From: Malacoraja senta
Taxonomy: Eukaryota
Direction: 5' to 3'
Length of the DNA: 60,000 nt
Assembly: GCA_038087875.1 (NCBI GenBank)
Contig: CM075989.1
Location: 12,526,001 to 12,586,000, forward strand
Position 1 is the first letter of the stretch. Every line of letters begins with the position of its first letter. A program made the translations under genes and the position numbers. The notes beneath the pieces are model-generated. The model saw nothing but the letters and a program-made list of their open reading frames with translations. It had not been told where the DNA came from and did no database searches. Positions 26,116-38,567 of this stretch are shown piece after piece.

Positions 26116-27555
26116 CATACGATACGATAGAACTTAATTTATCCCAGGAGGGAAAATGATCTGCCAACAGTCATAAAAACCCAAAATACATGAAACATGA
26201 AATTAAAGTGACGAGTGGAAAGAATTGGGGATGTGCAAAGAGGGGGGAGGGGAGTCGGCCTCAGTCTACCCCATGACAGAAGGGGGAGGAGTTGTATTGT
26301 TTGAGAGCCACAGGTAAGAAGGGTCTCGTGTAGTTCTGTCCTGCATCTTCGTGAAAGCAGACTGTTGCTGCAGTTACTCCTCAGGTTGACCAGTGTGTCA
26401 TGGTGGGGGTGAGCTGTATTGTCCAGGATGCTCTGCAGTTTGAGGAGCATCATCCCCTCCAAGACCACCTCCCATGATTCCGACTCTGTCCCCCGGACGG
26501 AGCCAGTCTTCCTGATGAGTTTGTTAATCCTATTGGCGTCTGCGGCCTTCGCCCTGCTGCCCCAGCACACGACGGCAACGAAGATGACACTGGCTACCAC
26601 TGATTGGTAGAACATCTGCAGCATCTTACTACAGACGTTGAAGGAGCAGAGCCTTCTCAAAAAGTACAGCCAGCTCTTCCCTTCTTGTACTGGGCCTCAA
26701 CGTTCCTGGACCAGTCCAGTTTACTGTCCAGGTACACTCCAAAGTATTTGTGCTCCCTGGTAAACTGCACATCCACACCATTGATGGAGATAGGGGACAG
26801 GGTTGTTTCTCCCCTCCTAATGTCCACCACCAACTCCTTAGTCTTGTTGGTGTTGAGCTGCAGGTGATTCAGCGCACACCCCTCAACAAAGTCATTGACC
26901 ACACCTCTGTAGTCAGCTTCCCTCCACTCACTGATGCAGCCCACAATTGCAGAGTCATCTGAAAACTTCAGCAGGTTCAGGAGTCCAAGTTATATCTGAA
27001 GTCCGAGGTGTAGATGGTGAAAAGGAAGGGAGAGAGGACGGTCCCCTGTGGGGCCCCTGTGTTGCCCACTACCATGTCCGAGACACAGTTCTGTAGCCTG
27101 ACATATTGTAGTCGTCCAGTCAGGTAGTTGGTGATCCAGGACTCCAATGGAGCATCCACTTGCATCTTCATCAATTTGCTCCCTAGCAGTGCAGGCCGGA
27201 TGGTGTTAAAAGCACTGGAGAAGTAAACAAACACATGAGTATCAGAATGCTTCCCAGCTTATCCCGGTGAGCATAGGAACGATGGAGCAGGTGGATGATG
27301 GCGTCCTCAACCCCTATCTTTGTTTGGTAAATGAACTGCAGGGGGTCCAGGTTGGGTTTAACCAGGGGCTGCACGTGAGTGAGCACCATCCTCTCCAGGG
27401 ACTTCATGGTGTGTGAAGTTAGCCCCACCGGTCTGTAGTCATTGGAGGAGCTGGGGTGCATCCTCTTTGGTACAGGAACCAGGCAGGATGTCTTCCAAAT
27501 CACAGGAACCCTCTCCAGGCTCAGACTCGGGCTGAAGATATGCTGGAGCTGGAGT
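26116..27555 (-). mobile_element. Degraded 5'-truncated Rex1/Babar LINE inserted in an old CR1
   Basis: NDYRPVGLT, FSSAFNTI, GAPQGTVLSPFLF, LQLNTNKTKELVVD, MFYQSVVAS; (TATCG)n tail; CR1 sequence on both sides (26050-26115, 27556-27750). Confidence 0.9.
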
Positions 27556-28197
27556 ATATGACTTCCCAACTTTTATACTTAAAGCCCTGACTAATGAGGG
27601 CAAGCATGCCTTCTTGACCACCCTATCCATTTGTGTTGCCACCCTCAGGGAGCAGTGGATTTGTACCCCAAATTCCCTCAAGAGACCTACCATTTACTGT
27701 ATACTTTCCTTTTGCATTTGACCTCCCTAAATGCAACACCTCACAGTTGTAATGGAACTACTAACACTATTCTTGTTCAATTATGATTGAATCCATTTAG
27801 CCGTCGCTGTTGTCAAATCCCAAAATTGGCATGTCTTATACGCCAAAATTCATGCAATATTTAGAAAGAATCGCAGACCTGTGGATCAAACCAGATATAT
27901 TGTTGATAAATATTTCTATAAATACTATTGCTTTGGAAATTATTTTTAAAACTTTTATAATTATCTCTTTGCAATCCTGTAAATACACTTTGTTCAGTAA
28001 CAATGCAATAAATATGGTAGGTTAATTAAATCTAGTGGAATCCCCTTGTGCCTGCTCTCATTACTATTGTCAGTGTAACTCTGTTCAAAACTAACTCAAG
28101 GAAAATAACTATTGAGTAGCATGTAAATAGGTCACCTGACTAATTGTCATTGTTCCTTTTAAATGTTAATGATGCCTCTATGCATATTTGTTACTAA

Positions 28198-28423
28198 AGG
28201 GCCTGTCCCACTTGGGCGTCATTTGCGCGTCATGCAGGTGGCGCGCAAAGATTTTGTGAATCCCCAAATCTTGGCGCTCGTCACCACGCATCATGCGCTC
28301 GTAATGCGCACCATGCGTGTGTAATGTGCACCATACGCTCGTCACGACGCGCGCATCGTGTCGTGACGTGTAAATGATGCCGCGTAGATGACGCGCAAAT
28401 TACGCCCAAGTGGGATAGGCCCT
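28198..28423. mobile_element. PIF/Harbinger-type MITE
   Basis: 36-bp TIRs AGGGCCTGTCCCACTTGGGCGTCATTTGCGCGTCAT (2 mismatches); TAA TSD at 28195-28197 / 28424-28426. Confidence 0.9.
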
Positions 28424-28579
28424 TAAATGGCCTAACGTATATACCCTCATCTGAAAATGCTGATCATTGCAGACAGACCTCTTGGTTGAGGTCTCGCTGC
28501 TGAACTTTCAGTAGGATCATCATGGGCTAATATTGAAAGGCATTTAAAAGTATATTTCCACAGCGAAAATGGTGCTACT

Positions 28580-28900
28580 TGGTTCAGCTTTTATCTTGGG
28601 CTGCATTCACCTTCCTGCTTCCTTGGGTTAACAACCAACTTTTTCGTCTTGCTGACACCATGAAAGAAGATTCCAAATCTCTTACCCATACTATGTGTCA
28701 TCATTGTTGTTGATCAGGCCAACAACAGTGTCATCGGCGAACATAAACCACGAGTTGGCACTGCACTTGGTCATACTATCATGGATGTACAGAGAATGGA
28801 GCAGGCGAGTAAGCACATTACCCCGAGGAGCATGAGTGTTCGAGGTAAGGGTGAAGGAAATGGTATGACCAATTCTATCTGACTGAGGTCTACAATCATA
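28580..28900 (-). mobile_element. Old Rex1 RT fragment
   Basis: LHSLYIHD..MFADDTVVGLINNNDD. Confidence 0.75.
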
Positions 28901-28959
28901 CAATGTACAAAATTGGATTGTTTTCTCTGAAATGTGAGAGATTGAGTGTTGACCATAAT

Positions 28960-29280
28960 ATTTTGAGGCTTAGATAGGATATGTATTCAGAGTCTTTTTC
29001 CTAAAATGGAAATTTCAAATATTAGAGAGTCCAGCTTTAAGGTGAGAGGGGGAAATTTTTAAAGTTTAAACTTATAGCAATATTTAGTTTTAAAAACAGG
29101 AAGAGATAGGTGTCTGGAATGCGCTACCAGGGATGGTGGTAGAAGGTACAACAACATTTAAGAGCAGACAATAAAGGTATATTGACCATGTGCAAGCAGA
29201 TGGGATTAGTTTAATTTTACATCAATGTTGGGGCAGACATACAATGGTTGAAGGGCCTGTTCCCATGTTGAATATTACTA
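28960..29280 (+). mobile_element. Old CR1 3' fragment
   Basis: tggaatgcgctaccagggatggtggtagaag (WNALPGMVVE); gaagggcctgttccc 3'UTR. Confidence 0.65.
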
Positions 29281-30805
29281 TGTAATATTCAAATCACATT
29301 AACAGAACCTGTTGGGACAGATTTCTTGCCATTGATGTCCTAACTGCTGAAAGGCTGATTTTTGGTGAGTTTCTGACATGCAGTGTTGTTGCAGTCACTG
29401 AGAGGCTGGATTTAACTTTTAAATGGTTTAGCAATTTTTGGCAAAGGGAAGGGCTTTCACAAATGTTGGAAGACAATGTTATTTTTTCTTTAACTGAGAC
29501 TGCAAAGCAAGTTATTCTGTGATAAGCATTGTTGCCATTTCCCAATTCCTACTGCACAGCATAGGGACTGGGAAAATAGGACTTGCATCCTACTAAATTT
29601 ATATTTCTCTCTGATCTCAGGAACCACCAGAGACACTGTTTCTCTTAACAAGCAGGAACAAAAATCAGATATGATTTGAAATGTTGTGCTGATGACCTTT
29701 ACACAGGGGTTCCAAGATACATGGCAGACATAATGCGAAGAGCTCTTTAAAAGAAGTGATACGTGGGTGCTTGCTATTAATAATCATGGTTCATGATTCA
29801 TTATGGCTGCTTTTACTATAGAGCCATAGTTTTTAGTTAATCAGCTCCAGAATGTTGTCAAATATTGAAATCATGGGTACTTTTTGTTGGTGTCATGTAA
29901 TTTAAATCTTAATGTATTCTGTAAGAGTTCCCTCTCTTTTCCTGCTGCTATCATCAATATTCACTTTATTCCACTAGAGCTTTCAGATGAGAAAGTCTCA
30001 TTTTTCAAGGAGAATTACTGCATCACTTCTATTTTTCTTTCAATGTACTATACAGAGGAATGTAGTTTTATTTTAAAGCAAAAACAATAGTATACATTTC
30101 TACAGCTTATTTAATGTCATGACATTTCCCAAGCTCCATTATAGAAGCGTTCAAAATTTGACATTGGCTTACATTTTGGGACAGTTGACCAAATATTTGA
30201 TCAGAACGGTAGGTTTTATGGTGCATCTTTAAGGGGAGGGGGGATTTAGGGAGGGGATTTTGAAGTTTAAAAGCTTAACCATTGAAGGCATGACTGCCAA
30301 TAGTCCCAGGATCTTGAGTGCAGCAATTCCTCATTGATGCTCTCTACTAAAGATTCTTCCTTTAAGGTGCTGATCAAAACCTACCAATTTGGCCAAGTGT
30401 TTGCTCATTGCTTAATGTCTCCTAATGTGTCAGATTTTGTTTGATATTGTTACTCTGAATGGGGCCGTTTGCTTTAAAGATTTATAAAAATTTGGTGTTG
30501 GTGTTGTTCATGTTATGGATGATCTGGACCCCTCATAGTGGTCTACACTCCTGCTCTTAAAGATTGCAATTAACTTTCTCACTCAGCTGAAGGAATGCCT
30601 GATCTTGTAGGGGACCAGTGGTTCACAAGAGAACTTCCTGCTCTTTGTTCTATACCCAATCCTATGAACATGACTCTTTAGCCACTATGTAATTGGCCCT
30701 CGATATTTAAAATTTAAGGGATCTCATTCATTTTTCTCTCTGATTGTTCGGGTGAACTTTTTTGATATTTTTCACTTTGAATTTTGTCGATGGCATGTTA
30801 ATGCA

Positions 30806-31100
30806 GTTAGTTTCGATTTAGTTTAGAGATACAGCACGGAAACAGGCCCTTCAGCCCACCAAGTCCACGCCGATTAGCGATCCCCGCACATTAGCACTAT
30901 CCTACACACACTAGGGACAATTTACGCTTATACCAAGCCAATTAACCTACAAACCTGTACGTCTTTGGAGTGTGGGAAGAAACCGAAGATATCACGCGGT
31001 CACGGGGAGAATGTACAAACTTCATACATACAGCTCCCGTAGTTGGGATTAAACTCAGGCGCTGCAAGTGCTGTAAGGCAGCAACTCTACCGCTGTGCCC
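30806..31100 (-). mobile_element. tRNA-derived V-SINE (HE1-like)
   Basis: Minus-strand head gggcacagcggtagag (A box)..gagtttaatccc (B box), V-domain-like core, CR1-like 3' end with (CTAAA)n tail. Confidence 0.8.
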
Positions 31101-31945
31101 CTTTGATTTGCATGATACTTTCTGTTTTTTAAGTTGTACTGAATGGAATTAGGAGCTAAGAGCAGCCCCCGTTGTTTCCTCTTTATAATTGGCCACTAGG
31201 AAATTGTGCTTGTATTGTGTCAAGCTGCCCTGGGAGGAAGCAGCTGGCTGTTGCTTATTCTCCACCCGATGTATGATGGCTGGGATCCAAAATCTCACAA
31301 AGGATATTTTTCGTGTATGTACAAACTTATTTGCAAATGTGGTTGAATGGTGTTTACATAATGATTTTGTGTGGCATTGATAAAACTGACAACAGCATTC
31401 TTTTAGGAAGTAGAATTCGAAATTCAAATTCCAATTTAAATTTTCTCTCAGGAGTGTGCGCTTCTCTTGCTATTAGCTTAGCATGTTGATGAATTAACTA
31501 ATTATCTATCTCTTGGCTTCAGTCTTCTTTAAAGCTACTAATACTTTGGTACTCTGGAAAACATTTTTTGATCCAGATATACCAACACATTAGTGTTCTG
31601 TAAATAGAAATACTGTATTAAAAATATTTGACTAGTTATTGAAAAGGGTAACTTACATTATTACAAGATATTGCAGGAACAACATAGGATTGGAAATGCT
31701 GCTTTAGCTCAAATGATATATATTTATCATGAATATATAATTTACATATCAACAATTTCATTTATATTAATTGGGTCATTTAAACTGGAGCAGATGGATT
31801 GACGTCTATGATTTTGCAAATTTAATTGTTTCAATGTCGAACAGCATTACTACAGCATCAGTACATCATTAAAGAGTCTCACCTTTCAGATGCCTCAACT
31901 AAAACAGAAAACATTGACCTGTTGGTCAGATGCAAAACTGTTGTC

Positions 31946-32083
31946 TTCTTCTTCTTTCGTGTGGCGTGCACAGCCTAAAGTTGTTGGACAACTTGTTCTA
32001 TTTGATCTTCTGTTTGTGCACGTCGAGTTGATTGCATTAGTCGAAACAGGGCGGACCACATGAAGGTTGCAATCTTCCACCCC
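31946..32083 (-). mobile_element. HDV-like-ribozyme-headed short retroposon, copy 1
   Basis: TSD AAAACTGTTGTC (31934-31945 / 32084-32095); (GAA)n tail; homologous to the copies at 32424 and 44689. Confidence 0.92.
32030..32083 (-). ncRNA. Predicted minimal HDV-like ribozyme (best-preserved copy)
   Basis: GGGGUGG(P1) AA GAUUGCA(P2) ACC(P3) UUCAUGU(L3) GGU(P3') CCGCCCU(P1') GU UUCGA CUAA(J4/2) UGCAAUC(P2'). Confidence 0.85.
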
Positions 32084-32423
32084 AAAACTGTTGTCAAAGA
32101 CACTTCATAATTAACTGCTTTATGGTGGCAACAATCACTCATCCACAAAATATAGCCCTCGTTTGGTATATTCAGTCACAGGATATGTGCAGATGTAAAG
32201 AATTAATGTATATATATAAAACAAAGTTGCCCTGATACATTTGATCCAAGACGTGAAATGGGGGCATTGGAAACAGCTCACTCCCAGCAGAGTTCTCGCT
32301 GCAAAATTGTTGTGCAGCAGGAACAAAAATAATGTATTGCTATTTTAAAATATTATTTTTTCCAAGACATTTAATGTGTGTGGATAGATGAACAAGTCAG
32401 ATAGTAGTTTTATAGATAATACT

Positions 32424-32565
32424 TCTTCTTCTTCTTGCGTATGGCGTGCACAGCCTAAAGTTGTAGGGCAACTGGTTCTATTTGATCTTATTTGATTGTG
32501 CACGCCGGGTTGATTGCATTCGTCGAAACTGGGCGGACCACGTGAAGGTTGCAATCTTCCACCTC
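32424..32565 (-). mobile_element. HDV-like-ribozyme-headed short retroposon, copy 2
   Basis: TSD ATAG(A/T)TAATACT (32412-32423 / 32566-32577); (GAA)n tail. Confidence 0.92.
32512..32565 (-). ncRNA. Predicted minimal HDV-like ribozyme (two P1 substitutions)
   Basis: GAGGUGG AA GAUUGCA ACC UUCACGU GGU CCGCCCA GU UUCGA CGAA UGCAAUC. Confidence 0.75.
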
Positions 32566-34434
32566 ATAGTTAATACTGAAAAGTCAGCTCAGTATCAGGA
32601 CTAATTAAAGTGTTAACAGCAATATAACGTTTCAATGATAATTTATGCACCATCTCCACAGTTTAATTGTGTTTGTTCGTTTAAGACATTCCATAAAATA
32701 TCCATTTAGTATAATATAGAACTTTGCTGCCAAACCTTTGTGGACATAAATACACTTATTTTATTACTTTAATAAATGGTGTACTTTTTAAGTAGAACCA
32801 ATGAAAAGCATCTTGCCAAGCAAGCTGATTGGCAGTATTCTAAACTTGCACTCAGTGTCTTAAGATATTGATGTAATATGCAAAACACTCAAATATCTTT
32901 GCCATTAGTCGCTGCCTTTAAGGACCTACAATAGTCAGCAATTTCCTGTGCTGAAGCTCTGTCCACCTATGCACAATTGTACTATCTCAGGTTAGGAAAT
33001 TTCAAGTTCAGAAGAAGGGTGGTTGATACCTTCAGAACCAGAGACGGGCTGATATTTTCTTCCTCTGGAAAGAATGATTAGAGTTTATCCATTCCTCTTC
33101 AGTAATATTACCCATCAATCAAACTGGTGATTGTATCTGAGTTTCCTGTTTTCAGATTCATGGCTCACAAATGTAATAATCTTGCCTGGCAGGCATTTCC
33201 CTGCACTGACGGGCAATTGCATGGTTCACACGTAGCTGCAAGCTGCTTAACTGTTTGAGAAATATGCAAATCTAGCAATTTTCTTATCCAAATGTAGAAA
33301 ATATGTTTACATAACATTTTCACACATCTTGCCTTACTACCTACTCATAAGTACGCACCAATACTATGTTTCCTACTCGTAACAGGGTGTAACTTCCGCT
33401 TGATCCAGCAAATAGCTTCCAACTATACTAAAGTATAATCAGGTACAAATTTGCCCCTGCCTTCTGCCTTCACCTGTCCATACCCTGGTACCAAAGCAAC
33501 TCTGATAACATTATCAATCCACAGCTCGCCTGAAAGTGCAGAACCTTGAATAACAATTTATAGCAGCGACAGTGGTACCAGACCACAACAACACTCCCAA
33601 TATCAAATGAGTCACAGAAATTAATGAATTTCTGTTCGAAAATCATCAGAAATTCTTGTCACTCCTGTAAATGCATTTCTGGTGCATTAAGCAACGTCTT
33701 ATTTTGCAGCCATGACTTTCTAAACTATTAATTCAGTAAGTCCACGAACTATTATTGAGGGTTTCGTTCATTGTTAATGTGATGGGTTGCACTGCACCTT
33801 GTCATCAGGAGTTATGCTAAGTGCTGCATATTTCCCTAAGGGCTGGTATAGCAGGATGAATTGTACGAGGAGGATGTTAGATAACGGCTATTAGCAACAT
33901 TCAGTTGAAGACTGCTACCTGGACATTCTTGTGCTGAGACTGATGCAAGCGAATGAGCTTAGAACAGCAATGAGAAAACACAAATGGCGAGCCTGATTAG
34001 GTAATGATATTGCTGTCTTTAAATTGGTTGTATGTTAAGGAAATCTCTGTCAATTCATAAGCAAATGCGTACAGCAAGCATATTCCTGAAATTGTCAGGC
34101 AGTCAATAAGTCAGTTTATTGTGTACTGTTGTTTAAGTTTCAGCACTTTGAGCATTACATAAAAATGTATTTTTTTAAAATAGAAATAAAGACATGCAAT
34201 GAGACCATTCAGACCATCTAGCCTATGCCGGCTCTCAGAGAAATTCTATCAACCCCATTCCCCCATTTATTTCCTGTTGCTTTTTCTCCCTCTCCTGCAA
34301 CCCACTGACAGCCCCCTGATTTTTCCCCTCTCCTTACCAACACCAGCGATAATTTACACTAACCAATTAATCTACAAAACGGCACCGGATTGTTTTTTAC
34401 CTTGTAATTCAGTCTATTGGGGGGGGGGGGGGTG

Positions 34435-34740
34435 ACCTGACACTTTCATTCTCCATTCAACCCCCACTATGACATAATGGTTTAAGGCATCCTGCAATAT
34501 AACAATGAGACTTAATGCAAGCAAGCTTGAGGAATAGGATCTCATCTTCCGTCTTGGAAACTTGCAGTCTTCTGGATCCAATATTGAATGCTACAGTTAA
34601 TGAAGGAAACGGTCACTGCGAAATGCTGAAAGGGAAATATGTGTTGTGGTGGAGTCTCTTCGAAGGTGTTGGAAATTGCAGAAAATGATCTGGGAGGAAG
34701 GTGAGGACCTTCTTTGTTCTGGGAGTGTGAGCAGAACTGT
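34435..34740. mobile_element. Old Penelope fragments in opposite orientations
   Basis: + strand KLEE.DLIFRLGNLQSSG; - strand FQHLRRDSTTTHI..LSAFRSDR. Confidence 0.6.
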
Positions 34741-35169
34741 GGGAAATGGATGAGGTGTCATAGAATCCATGTGGGCTAGTGCCCATCCATACCAGTCCCA
34801 TTTGCCTGCATTTGACCCATATCTCTTTAATCCTTTTCTATCCATGTACCTTTCCAAATGCCTTTTAAATGTTGTTATTGTGCCTGCTTCAATCACATGA
34901 GGTCAAGGGCTTTGTTAACAATGGAAGAAGGAAAACATTTCACTGTAACCTGAATGGAAAGTCCACAGCTGTGCAAATGTTACAGAGAAGAATGTAATGC
35001 ATTCCTTGCAGGAGGCAGGGTGGGCTGTGAACCACATCATAGCAAACCAGCATGTTGTACACCATTTTGATTTAAATTTGAAAACATTTTTAGCTGAGGA
35101 CACATATAGTTGTGTCCAAAGTGCAGTCATAATATGACTGGTCCAGGAACTTGCACCAGTCCTGACCAA

Positions 35170-35648
35170 GTGTAGCCTAAGACATTGTGGGAAACCAGCA
35201 AATAAATTACTGGGGCCCTGGCAGAGATATTTGTATAATCGTTAGCCATGAGGAATGTATTGCAAGATTGGTAAGTGGCTAATTTTGTGCCTTTATTTCA
35301 GAAGGGCTTCAAGAATAAATCAGGGAACTACAGGCTGGTGAGCTTGATATCAGTGGCCGTAAGATTACTGGAGGGAATTCTGTGAGATAGGATCTATGTG
35401 CATTTGGAAAGTAATGGGCTGATTAAGGATGGTTAGCTTGGCTTGGTGTGGAAAATCAAACAGTGGGTGGTTGGTACATGGAACAGCATGCCAGAGAAAG
35501 TGGTAGAAGCATGTACAATTACAACATTTGGCTAGATCATGGACAGGAAAGGTTTAGAGGGATATGTGCCAAACACAGGCCAATGGGACTAGCTCAGGTA
35601 GGTAATTGGCTGGCACAGACGAGTTGGGCCAAAGCTCTATAACTCTAT
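35170..35648 (+). mobile_element. Old CR1 fragment (internally deleted)
   Basis: DW.VANFVPLFQKG..GNYRLVSLISV..KLLEGIL followed by a CR1 3' end. Confidence 0.75.
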
Positions 35649-35736
35649 TTCATTCCTGTCCTGGATTCATCTGGGGGTTCCTTGGGTTCACAGCTGAAGT
35701 GGTTGTGATGCATTGTGCAACAACTCTTTTACCATC

Positions 35737-35915
35737 TGTATGAAGGATCTGCAGATGCTGGTTTAAACCAAAGATAGACACAAAATGCTGGAGTAACTCA
35801 GCGGGACAGGCAACAAAATACGAGATGCTGTTCCTACAATTTGCGCTGGGCCTCACTCTGATAATGGAGGAGGCCCAAGACAGAGTGTGGGAATGGGAGG
35901 GGGAGTTAGAGTGTT
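35737..35915 (-). mobile_element. Penelope pLTR / endonuclease C-terminal fragment
   Basis: gatagacacaaaatgctggagtaactcagc also occurs at 54014-54043. Confidence 0.7.
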
Positions 35916-37555
35916 TAACACTTTAACCTTAACCCAGCGCAAATTGGACCAACCACCATTAACACATCTGTTCCAGTTTCGCAAGCTGTATTTGCATCCC
36001 AGCCTCCACAAACGTTTGAGGAAGAGTGTTCTTGATTTACGGGCTCTTTGTATGGAAAACTGCATTCTAATTTCACTTCTGAAAGTCTTTGTTCTAATTC
36101 TCAAGTTTCTCCATCCGATGATACTGTTCTCAGCCTCGTCTTATCAAAATAAATCAGTAAAATCTCAGAGACCAGACTAGGTTGGAAAGCAACAGAGAAT
36201 GCGAGTGAACCTATGCTTATCATTTAATTCTCTCCCCCATATAATTAGGATAAATCTCCACTCCCATTTCAAGTTCCAGATAACCTTGCTCAGATGCATT
36301 TCCCAAAACTTAACATAGCTGCTCTAGAATGAAGTCTGACCAAGGCTTTGTACAACTGAAGGAAAGCATAGTGGGATGAAGTAGTAATTATTTTTCCGTT
36401 TTTCTCTATTGATAACTTTATATTTACCTCATGATCCTTATTGTTCTTCTACTGTTTTCAGCTTCTCACATTTAAAAACGCTTCATTTTCTCTCATTATT
36501 TTAAAATTATATATTTTAATGAAATTTTCAAATATGCAAGTATATTTTCTCCAGATTATTTAATTTACTTACAAGATTCACATTTACATCCGGGTGGAAT
36601 TACTTTTTCCTATACATATATTCCATGACCAAACTGTTCAAGGATTTTTTATATGTTCGGGCCAACAATGGACTGACCATCTGCCGTTGACATGGCCATG
36701 TCAACATTCAGTGCATCTCTCAGCAGGTAATCCTGGAATATAATTCTCCACATTGTACTCATTTGCCAGATTTCACAATTCCTTCAGCTTCTCTCATTTT
36801 TGTGTAGTAGCTAACCTGTTATTAACAAAGAGTTGTACGTTTTCATAACATAGAATGATCTTGAGAGAAAATACTCCAAACTAATGGATGTCAGTTAAGG
36901 CCATAATTTTATCTGTGGAAGTCATTGAGCAAACTCTGTCTCTCCAAGAAAGTCCCTTGATCCTCTCACTGCTTCAGCCTATGGGATATATGTGCAGACC
37001 CAGTGTTACTGCCCAAGTTAAAATCAATTAAGTAACACGGGGGCCTGATCAGCAAATTGTGAGACTGTAGTTCGTCCTTTCTGGGTAATTGAGAAACCAG
37101 ATTACAGAGGGTACTCCATATTAAACCTGTTCTCCCAAGTAAGTTTGGTTAAAATTCATCCAAGAGCAATGCGTTGTGTTTGAGAATTGTTTTAAATTAA
37201 TATGTTATTGGGGATATATTAGTGTCTGGAATAATGGAATCAGGTAATGATTGATAGTGAGGTGGTTACACCATTAATTGTGGACATGGTTCGAAGGCAG
37301 CAGGTTCTTTTCAGAAGAATATGATAATAATGCTGCATTTTGTTTGTGCTATACTGGCAGATATATTTGCATGAGAGCTGCTTATGATTGGAACAGAATG
37401 GAAACTAATTCTCCTGAATGAAGAGCTACCTGCATATGTCACCTCTTATTGTAAACTGGCATGTTATTGCTGTCATTATTGCGTATTACAAGATAAGTAT
37501 TTGCTGATAGATCCGAGTATAAACAGTGACATCGACGGTTTCTCCAGAATGAAAT

Positions 37556-37672
37556 CTGGTCTCAAGAAAGTTCTCGACCCGAAACGTCACCCATTCCTTC
37601 TCTCCAGAGATGCTGCCTGTTCCACTGAGCTACATCATTTTGTTTTTATCTTCGGTTTAAACCAGTTCTTTC
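37556..37672 (+). mobile_element. Stand-alone Penelope pLTR fragment with degenerate hammerhead motif
   Basis: ggt ctcaaga aagttctcgaccc gaaacgtc acc + ctccagagatgctgcctg. Confidence 0.75.
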
Positions 37673-38133
37673 CTAATCAAGCGATTGGCATTGGACATCT
37701 GAGCATCATTTGCTCTTCGTTGCCGAACCATAAAAGCATATATTTTTCCTGAGTACATTTACTAAAGAAACTAGATGTAAACTAAGGGAGGAAGCTAGCA
37801 ACCATGTTTTGTTTGTATTGTATTTGTGTTTTTGGCACCAGGCTGCTCTGCTGACGGGAGCTAACAGCAGTGTGAAAACTGAAGCGAGTCAATTTAGTTG
37901 GACAGTTAATCCATCTTCACTCAGTTGCAGATGTGCAAGGAGTCAGCAAGCTCAACTTTCTGCTGACTTTAACACTCTGTCACAAGGAAGCTAAGCATAA
38001 GAAAGGTTGGCAGACCTTGAATTAACAAATTACTCTCCATGTACAAGTTTTCAGTCATAATTTTTATTTTTAGAAAGGACTAGGCCATCTGAATTATGAT
38101 CACCCTACATTTAAACTGAAATCAGTTTCATAA

Positions 38134-38567
38134 CTGATGGGCTTGTACAAACTGGGATTTAGGATGAGAGGGGATCTTACTGAAACATACAAGATTATTA
38201 AGGGATTGGACACACTAGAGGCAGGAAACATGTTCCCGATGTTGGGGGAGTCCAGAACCAGGGGCCACAGTTTAAGAATAAGGGTTTGGCCATTTAGAAT
38301 GGAGATGAGGAAAAAACATTTTCACCCAAGAGTTGTGAATCTGTGGAATTCTCTGCCTCAGAAGGCAGTGGAGGCAATTCTCTGGATGCTTTCAAGACAG
38401 AGTGAGATAGAGCTCTTAAAGATAGCAGAGTCAAGGGATTTGGGGTGAAGGCAGGAACGGGATACTGATTGTGGATGATCAGCCATGATCACAGTGAATG
38501 ACGGAGCTGGCTCGAAGGGCTGAATGGTCTACTCCTGCACCTATTGTCTATTGTTTATTGTCTATTG
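38134..38567 (+). mobile_element. 5'-truncated CR1 LINE 3' end
   Basis: MRGDLTETYKIIKGLD..SRTRGHSLRI; (CTATTGT)n tail; same subfamily as 3400-4106. Confidence 0.93.

Noticed and set aside
31030..31100. tRNA gene
   Set aside because: A/B boxes are the degenerate head of a V-SINE; no intact cloverleaf
31946..32565. CRISPR-like or tandem-duplicated repeat pair
   Set aside because: Each unit has its own TSD and tail; these are independent retroposon insertions in eukaryotic DNA
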